Positions 18,587-24,000 of a stretch of DNA of 24,000 nucleotides are shown here, one piece after another. The stretch is taken from the NCBI RefSeq assembly GCF_001757995.1, contig NZ_LXLV01000052.1:26424-50423 (forward strand). The letters run 5' to 3'. This DNA is from Bacillus mycoides. Its GTDB lineage: Bacteria > Bacillota > Bacilli > Bacillales > Bacillaceae_G. The translations under genes and the position numbers were made by a program. How positions within the stretch are numbered: the stretch's first letter is position 1; each line of letters opens with the position of its first letter. The notes under the pieces are model-generated. The model was not told the DNA's origin, did no database searches, and worked only from the letters and a program-made list of their open reading frames with translations.

Positions 18587-18607
18587 AGGGAACGCTTAGC
18601 GTTCCCT
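18587..18607 (-). terminator. Rho-independent terminator of trpS
   Basis: AGGGAACGC-TTA-GCGTTCCCT, minus strand followed by TGTTTTTTC. Confidence 0.85.
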
Positions 18608-19594
18608 CTCAAATCCAATCCGTTTTTTAATTTCCACCAAATTCACCTTCGCAATAGTCCGCGCTCTCTCAGCGCCTTTTTCTAATGCTTCATATAGTAA
18701 ATGCGGCTCATTCATATACATTGCGTATTTCTCACGAGGTCCTGCTAGCTCACGATCAACAACGCGAAATAACTCTTTTTTCACATCACCCCAACCAATT
18801 CCAGTCTCATACTTTTCACGCATCGACTGAATTTCATCTTCTGTCGCAAACTCTTTATAAATCATAAATAACGTTTCAAGTTCTTTCGGTTCATTCGGAA
18901 GTGACGAATCTGTTTTTATTTTAAATATTAACTTTCGGAGTTTTTCTTTCTCAGCAAAAAGTGGGATAACATTCCCGTAACTTTTACTCATTTTTCTTCC
19001 ATCAAGACCCGGTAAAATCGCTCCTTCTTCTTGTATCACATACTCTGGAAGCGTAAATGTCATGCCGAATGTATGATTAAAGTACGTCGCAATATCACGC
19101 GCAATTTCAATATGCTGAATTTGGTCCTTTCCAACAGGTACATGAGTGGCTTGAAATAATAAAATATCCGCCGCCATTAAAATCGGATACGTATATAATC
19201 CCATATTAACTCCAGCATCTATCTCTAACCCCACTTCTTTATTTTGCTCTATCTTCGCCTTATATGCATGAGCACGGTTCATAAGACCTTTCGGAGTTAG
19301 GCAAGATAGTATCCACGTTAATTCTAAAATCTCCGGTATTTCTGTTTGTCGATAAAAAATAACATCTTCGCTAATTCCAAGTGATAACCAAGTAGCTGCT
19401 ACCTCTTTCGTATAACTACTGAACTTTGCTGGATCATGCACAGCATTTAACGCATGATAATCAGCTATAAAGTACAATGCTTTTCCTTCATTATTTTTTG
19501 ACATTTGTAATGCAGGTTTAATCGCACCAATATAATTGCCTAAATGCGGGTAACCTGTTGGTTTAATTCCTGTTAACATAATTTTCTCGCTCAT
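18596..19594 (-). CDS. trpS: tryptophan--tRNA ligase
   Basis: GIKPTGYPHLGNYIGA (HIGH-like) and GRKMSKSYGN (KMSKS); start at 19594 has RBS AAAGGAGGA; track start 19633 lies in the leader. Confidence 0.95.
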   Translation of the reverse strand: MSEKIMLTGIKPTGYPHLGNYIGAIKPALQMSKNNEGKALYFIADYHALNAVHDPAKFSSYTKEVAATWLSLGISEDVIFYRQTEIPEILELTWILSCLTPKGLMNRAHAYKAKIEQNKEVGLEIDAGVNMGLYTYPILMAADILLFQATHVPVGKDQIQHIEIARDIATYFNHTFGMTFTLPEYVIQEEGAILPGLDGRKMSKSYGNVIPLFAEKEKLRKLIFKIKTDSSLPNEPKELETLFMIYKEFATEDEIQSMREKYETGIGWGDVKKELFRVVDRELAGPREKYAMYMNEPHLLYEALEKGAERARTIAKVNLVEIKKRIGFERER

Positions 19595-19621
19595 CCTAAA
19601 TCCTCCTTTCTCAAAATAAAA

Positions 19622-19845
19622 AGAGCCCCTCATCCTAAAAAAGGACGAGAGACTCCCGCGGTACCACCTTAATTAGCTATATTATAGCTCACTTCAAGCT
19701 TCTATAACGTGAAGTAACCGTCTTTACCTACTCATTTCAGTAAGAAGCTCCAGAGCCCATTCCATATTCATCTCTTACTGATTCCCACCACATATCAGCT
19801 CTCTGAAAAGTTTTGAATATGTACTCTTCTCTTTCATTGCTTTTT
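19622..19845 (-). promoter_or_regulatory. T-box leader, likely tryptophan-responsive
   Basis: T-box AAGGTGGTACCGCGGGA (19654-19670), 13-bp terminator stem GAGTCTCTCGTCC/GGATGAGGGGCTC with U-run, candidate specifier TGG at 19757-19759 in GGAATGGGCTCTGGAGC. Confidence 0.93.
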
Positions 19846-20070
19846 AGTTATTTTTTACAGTTTATCACATTTCACCTTAATATAAATCTGAATTTTCTGA
19901 TTTCTCAACAAGAATTTTCATTCTTTGACCCTTTAACCATAATTAACCCCTTGTTTTTAACACTCAGTGGAGACTTAAGAATTTTAACAATAATTATTAC
20001 CCATTTATTCCATGCAATATATAATCAATATATAGAGAATTTATTTACAATACAAAAACGGGGTGAAGTT

Positions 20071-20370
20071 ATGGGTTGGTTTACTAAAAAAATTGGTAAA
20101 TTTAAGAACAGTATTCAGACTGACTATGATACTTTAGGGGTTATTATACATTTCACACCTATTGCTATATATTTATACACCTGCGATGAGTATATAGAAA
20201 CATTTGACGGTGCGCTCACTTTTGAGACTGAAAACGGAAATCAAGTAGAAATCGGTGGTACTTTCATTTCTCTTGAAGTTGATGCGAATTTTCGCATGGA
20301 CGATATAATATTTGATTACAAACTAAAGGAAAGCAATCTACCTATTGTTGAATTAAAAGCCTACGTATGA
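20071..20370 (+). CDS. hypothetical protein, 99 aa
   Basis: ATG at 20071 preceded by ggggtga; MGWFTKKIGKFKNSIQTDYDTLGVIIHFTPI...; the track's upstream extension (from 19813) lacks an RBS and is hydrophobic. Confidence 0.6.
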   Translation: MGWFTKKIGKFKNSIQTDYDTLGVIIHFTPIAIYLYTCDEYIETFDGALTFETENGNQVEIGGTFISLEVDANFRMDDIIFDYKLKESNLPIVELKAYV

Positions 20371-20432
20371 TGTTTATTGATGGATCAGTCATGGCACAGC
20401 TCGGTACTCCTAATATGCAAATCAATTATTAA
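20367..20432 (+). pseudogene. fragment resembling 1-deoxy-D-xylulose 5-phosphate reductoisomerase (dxr)
   Basis: frame reads MMFIDGSVMAQLGTPNMQINY*, matching the conserved Dxr segment VEFxDGSVxAQLGxPDM. Confidence 0.5.
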
Positions 20433-20433
20433 T

Positions 20434-20475
20434 AAAAAAGAGCTAAAACAGATAAAACTGTTTTAGCTCTTTTTT
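20434..20475. terminator. bidirectional terminator
   Basis: AAAAAAGAGCTAAAACA...TGTTTTAGCTCTTTTTT. Confidence 0.9.
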
Positions 20476-21604
20476 AAGTATTCAACTTAACAAATCTATA
20501 ACTATGCGTAACTAACACTTTTAATATCGCATATCCTGGAATTGCTAAAATAACCCCCATAATTCCAAATAAATTTCCGGCAGTTAAAATAATAAAAATG
20601 ATAGTAATTGGATGAATGTCTAACTTCTTACCCATTACTTGTGGAGAAATAAATTTCCCCTCTGCTAATTGTACAACCATCATTACAATAATTACTTTTA
20701 AAATCATTGCTGGTGAGTCAATAAATGCAATAATTAACGCTGGTGTTATCGCAATAATAGGACCTACATATGGAACAACGTTTACAATCATCGCCAAAAT
20801 AGCAAGTAATACCGCGTATTTAATGCCGATTATTAGATAACCAATGAATAGCATAATACCGATAAATAAACTAACAATAATTTGCCCTCTAATATACGAG
20901 CTAATCGCATAATGCATATCATCTAATATTCTCTTCGCAGCTGGTTGTCTTTGCTCAGATATAAACTTTAAAAAATGATTCGGTAATTGCTCACCATCTT
21001 TTAAAAGATAGAACAAAATAAATGGAACCATTACAAATGTTAAAACAACTTCAGTAAGTGTACTTAAAAATCCAGTTACATTTCCTGTTACTGATGATAA
21101 TGATTTTGTAAAGTTCATTGTAGAATCTTTTACGATATTAGCAACATCAATATTTAAACTTTCCTGCATTCTACCAATTACATTACTTTCTCCAAATTTA
21201 CGTGCTGCCCTTTCGATTTCATGCCCGAAATATGGTAAGTTATCTATTAAAGCATTTACTTGATCTTTAATAATCGGAATAACCGTCACCGCAAGAAAAA
21301 CAAATAATCCAAGAACAATTATATATATCGAGGCAATTGACACAATTCTCGACACACCTTTTCTTTCTAAAAGAGAAACGAATGGATGCAATATATAAAA
21401 TAGTACTCCCGCTAATAATACTGGGAAAAAGATTGTTTTTAAAAATACGACGAACGGTGTAAAGACGAATGATATGTTTGTAAGTAATAATATATTTACA
21501 AACAGCAACGCGAATCCAAGTAGTACAGCTAAATAATTTTGTTCTTTAAAAAACTTTTTCAACTTATCTCTTTTTCTTATATTTACTTTCTCCAAGTGTA
21601 CCAC
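20474..21604 (-). CDS. AI-2E family transporter
   Basis: 376 aa; multiple TMs; PFILFYLLKDGEQLP, NVVPYVGPIIAITPALIIA, QVMGKKLDIHPITI motifs. Confidence 0.88.
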   Translation of the reverse strand: MVHLEKVNIRKRDKLKKFFKEQNYLAVLLGFALLFVNILLLTNISFVFTPFVVFLKTIFFPVLLAGVLFYILHPFVSLLERKGVSRIVSIASIYIIVLGLFVFLAVTVIPIIKDQVNALIDNLPYFGHEIERAARKFGESNVIGRMQESLNIDVANIVKDSTMNFTKSLSSVTGNVTGFLSTLTEVVLTFVMVPFILFYLLKDGEQLPNHFLKFISEQRQPAAKRILDDMHYAISSYIRGQIIVSLFIGIMLFIGYLIIGIKYAVLLAILAMIVNVVPYVGPIIAITPALIIAFIDSPAMILKVIIVMMVVQLAEGKFISPQVMGKKLDIHPITIIFIILTAGNLFGIMGVILAIPGYAILKVLVTHSYRFVKLNT

Positions 21605-21660
21605 CTCTCTAATTAGGAAAAGCCCTAAAAAGGGCTTTATGAAATAATCAATAATAGCCT

Positions 21661-21909
21661 TTATTTCCTTGCAGCTTTTACTACAAATGATACAATAAGA
21701 ATTAACACAATTGCCCCTAATAATGCTGGTACGACATGAATCCCACCAAATGATGGCCCAAAAGATCCAAATAATCTACTACCTAACCAAGCTCCTAGTA
21801 AACCAGCAATTATATTTCCAAACATACCAGCTGGAAAATTTTTACCCGTTATAGAACTAGCAATTATACCTATAATAGCACCAACTATTAATGTGATAAT
21901 CCATCCCAT
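21661..21909 (-). CDS. GlsB/YeaQ/YmgE family stress response membrane protein
   Basis: 82 aa; IIGIIASSITGKNFPAGMFGNIIAGLLGAWLG. Confidence 0.88.
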   Translation of the reverse strand: MGWIITLIVGAIIGIIASSITGKNFPAGMFGNIIAGLLGAWLGSRLFGSFGPSFGGIHVVPALLGAIVLILIVSFVVKAARK

Positions 21910-22046
21910 CTTTAGTCCTCCATTTCTATTATAGAATAAATCTATATACCACCTAACTTATTACGTAACTCTTATAATTATTATATCTAGAAATGAAAAA
22001 TCTTGTCAAACACATGAAAACACAGGGAAAAGGAGCGTCATTATTT

Positions 22047-22517
22047 ATGATTCAAAAATTAATAGCAAACTCTTATCATACTGCTTTGTCTATTTTAAAC
22101 ATTCAAATTCCTGCTTACGAAATTGAAGCAAAATACATAAATAGTACGGCCATCCCCCGTTTATACGATACTGTAACGGATATTCAAAACTGCGATGAGA
22201 CATTCCATGGATATTTCCTGGAAAATTCACTCATTGGATTTATTTCTTTTAAAGTTGATGAAGATGTAGTTGATATCCATCGTTTAGTAGTCTCACCCGA
22301 TCATTTCCATAAAAGGATAGCAACGAAGTTACTACTTTTTATATTTGACATGTTCTCTTCTTCAAAAACGTATATTGTACAAACAGGGAAGAACAATACG
22401 CCTGCTCTTTCTTTATATAAAAAACATGGTTTTATTGAAATACAAGATATCGTGCTTCCTGATGGCGTAGTTTTGACATCATTAAAAAGACAGAATACAC
22501 AAAACAGTTTGACTTAA
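22047..22517 (+). CDS. GNAT-family N-acetyltransferase
   Basis: FMI start region with GGAAAAGGAG RBS before ATG 22047; LVVSPDHFHKRIATKLLLF and NNTPALSLYKKHGF motifs. Confidence 0.85.
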   Translation: MIQKLIANSYHTALSILNIQIPAYEIEAKYINSTAIPRLYDTVTDIQNCDETFHGYFLENSLIGFISFKVDEDVVDIHRLVVSPDHFHKRIATKLLLFIFDMFSSSKTYIVQTGKNNTPALSLYKKHGFIEIQDIVLPDGVVLTSLKRQNTQNSLT

Positions 22518-22550
22518 ATGTTTATTTATGTTATTTTTTACTTTATAAAA

Positions 22551-22693
22551 CCTTTTGCTGAGTCCAAATTTTGGAGCGGGGGAACCATTTATGTAGCTTT
22601 TTGCTACTTGGGGCGAATCTTTTTTAAGTAGGGACACTCTCACTTCCCGAGTCCGACAGCTAACCTCGTAAGCGTAATGGGAGAGGAAGGTGC
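22551..22693 (+). ncRNA. cyclic di-AMP riboswitch (ydaO/yuaA class)
   Basis: GCTGAGTCC...GGAGCGGGGGAACCA...TTGGGGCGAATCT...AAGTAGGGACACTCTC...CCGAGTCCGACAGCTAACCTCGTAAGCGT...GGGAGAGG matches the ydaO aptamer core. Confidence 0.93.
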
Positions 22694-22787
22694 TTTTTGC
22701 CTATGTTACACAGTATGCCTCCTTAGTTATAAATATGGGAACGATACCAATTAAAAACCTATATTTATAGAAAAGGAGAAATGTATA

Positions 22788-22931
22788 ATGTTACGTTTAT
22801 CAGATCATGCAATAAAAATGATGGAGCAAAGACTTCGACTAGAACAACACCGCACATATCAAGCAAATAAAGTTGTAGATAACTTACATCACAAATACTT
22901 CTTTCAGCATATTTTCCAGCCAAAAAGATAA
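22788..22931 (+). CDS. small basic ORF, 47 aa, downstream of the c-di-AMP riboswitch (not in ORF track)
   Basis: MLRLSDHAIKMMEQRLRLEQHRTYQANKVVDNLHHKYFFQHIFQPKR*; AAAAGGAG RBS at 22771-22778; followed by a strong terminator. Confidence 0.7.
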   Translation: MLRLSDHAIKMMEQRLRLEQHRTYQANKVVDNLHHKYFFQHIFQPKR

Positions 22932-22947
22932 GTACTGACCTTTAACA

Positions 22948-22984
22948 AAATACAGCGTACACTTTTTCGGTGTACGCTGTATTT
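22948..22984 (+). terminator. Rho-independent terminator downstream of the 47-aa ORF
   Basis: AAATACAGCGTACAC...GTGTACGCTGTATTTTTC, 15-bp stem. Confidence 0.92.
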
Positions 22985-22985
22985 T

Positions 22986-23740
22986 TCATTTTCTTGCTTT
23001 AATAATAAAAGTAGTCGGCACCATTCTAGCTTTATATATAGAATAGTATTTCGCAGACGGATCTGCCACTTCTCCAGCAAATACACAAGATGGTTCGGGC
23101 TCTTCTATTCTCTCAATTATAAATCCCGCCCTATTTAACTCATTTATGTACGTACTCATTTTTCTCTTATATAATGTCGCTTGTACTTCTTCTCCTTTAA
23201 ATGTTTCAAACGTAATAGGAGTTTCCTCATGATATGAAGAGCATAAAACAATTTCTTCTGTTCCATACTGCAAATTTGAATATACCGGATGCTCCCAGCT
23301 AAAAATAAAGCTTCCTCCTGGTTTTACATATGAATATATAAGTCCCAATGTTTTTCTTAAATTAGAAGTCCATCCTAATGCATAGATGGAATATACTATA
23401 TCAAAATGCTCTGTCGGTATATTTACTTCTTCTTCCATTGCCCCGCGTATTAACTTTGGATTCCAATGCTTTAATGTTTCATTTGCTGTTTCAATTTGTG
23501 TCTCTGAAAGATCGAGCCCCACAACTCTTTCGCACCACGCTCCGCCATATATTCCAAAGAATGTCCACTACCACATCCGATATCTAGAACCGTTTTATTC
23601 TCAATAAAATCAAACAAATGAATTTCATCTTCTGATGCCGTATACGGTCCATATTTAGGTAGACAATCTACTTGAAAAAAATGCGGCGCTACTATGTCCC
23701 AACACCTTTTATTCACTTGTAACATTTTTGTTTGATCCAT
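22986..23740 (-). pseudogene. class I SAM-dependent methyltransferase, interrupted by a 1-nt frameshift
   Basis: N-terminal ORF (23471-23740) carries VLDIGCGSGHSLEYMAERGAKELWG; C-terminal ORF (22986-23522) continues GLDLSETQIETANETL... Confidence 0.85.
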
Positions 23741-23778
23741 ACTTTACATCCCCCCTTCTTTCTCTTCCACCAGTACTT

Positions 23779-23876
23779 TTTATCCCGCTATTTGTGGGCA
23801 GTAAACGCCCGATTGGTGCGGGATGATAATCAGCGGGGGATGAACAAAACTCCCACTGATTATAGTTTCACTTTAT
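23779..23876. repeat. bcr-type B. cereus-group repeat, 98 bp including TTTAT at each end
   Basis: TTTATCCCGCTATTTGTGGGCAGTAAACGCCCGATTGGTGCGGGATGATAATCAGCGGGGGATGAACAAAACTCCCACTGATTATAGTTTCACTTTAT. Confidence 0.85.
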
Positions 23877-23928
23877 ACGTGAGGGCCTCATTTTCCTTTT
23901 AGATTGATGATATTCGCTAACAAAAAAA

Positions 23929-23948
23929 GAGTAGCTTCTCAGCTACTC
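23929..23948 (-). terminator. Rho-independent terminator
   Basis: GAGTAGCT-TCTC-AGCTACTC; minus strand continues into TTTTTTT. Confidence 0.85.
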
Positions 23949-23955
23949 CCTTTTC

Positions 23956-24000
23956 TTACGATGCATGATCATCTTTCTTCTTCTTCATTAACGCTCTCTT
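23956..24000 (-). CDS. C-terminal end of a truncated CDS running off the window
   Basis: minus strand reads KRALMKKKKDDHAS*; terminator immediately downstream. Confidence 0.5.
   Translation of the reverse strand, partial: KRALMKKKKDDHAS

Noticed and set aside
18685-18867. 60-aa plus ORF within trpS
   Set aside because: Antisense to trpS, no support
19813-20070. N-terminal 86-residue extension of the 185-aa ORF
   Set aside because: Overlaps the divergent T-box leader, lacks RBS, while an ATG with ggggtga RBS exists at 20071
22904-23086. 60-aa minus ORF across the terminator at 22948-22984
   Set aside because: Spans a strong Rho-independent terminator and the end of the methyltransferase gene
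23378-23607. Two plus ORFs opposite the broken methyltransferase
   Set aside because: Antisense shadows
22986-23740. Programmed ribosomal frameshifting in the methyltransferase
   Set aside because: No convincing slippery heptamer or stimulatory structure; a one-base indel in a G run explains it more simply
1-24000. Defence island, prophage, CRISPR array, tRNA or rRNA genes
   Set aside because: No integrase, Cas, toxin-antitoxin, nuclease/helicase or regularly spaced repeat arrays; no cloverleaf or rRNA signatures noticed

Overview
This is a Bacillus cereus-group-like chromosomal window, judged from gene content, codon bias, a T-box trpS and bcr-type repeats. It is mostly ordinary metabolic and accessory genes on the minus strand: short pyruvate kinase, alkaline phosphatase, lipoprotein, SDR oxidoreductase, ABC transporter pair, DUF3796-like membrane protein plus Xre regulator, HAD nucleotidase, tyrosine phosphatase, two GNATs, DUF2785-like protein, NUDIX, VOC, ROK repressor, MFS permease, maltose acetyltransferase, trpS with a Trp T-box leader, AI-2E family transporter, GlsB/YeaQ protein and a frameshifted methyltransferase. 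I see no phage, CRISPR or obvious new defence system. The most interesting signals are non-coding or small: (1) a c-di-AMP (ydaO/yuaA) riboswitch at about 22551-22693 whose only apparent downstream gene is an unlisted 47-aa ORF (22788-22931), with a hairpin that could sequester its Shine-Dalgarno; (2) three copies of the palindrome (A)CTTATTAAA-N4-TTTAATAAG(T) at the 5' ends of the ROK gene and the maa-MFS pair, a likely local ROK regulon; (3) a short dxr-like coding fossil (FIDGSVMAQLGTPNMQ) at about 20367-20432; (4) a 21-bp-phased direct repeat upstream of the DUF3796/Xre pair; (5) two bcr-like repeats, one with TTTAT at both ends; (6) a one-base frameshift in a methyltransferase gene.
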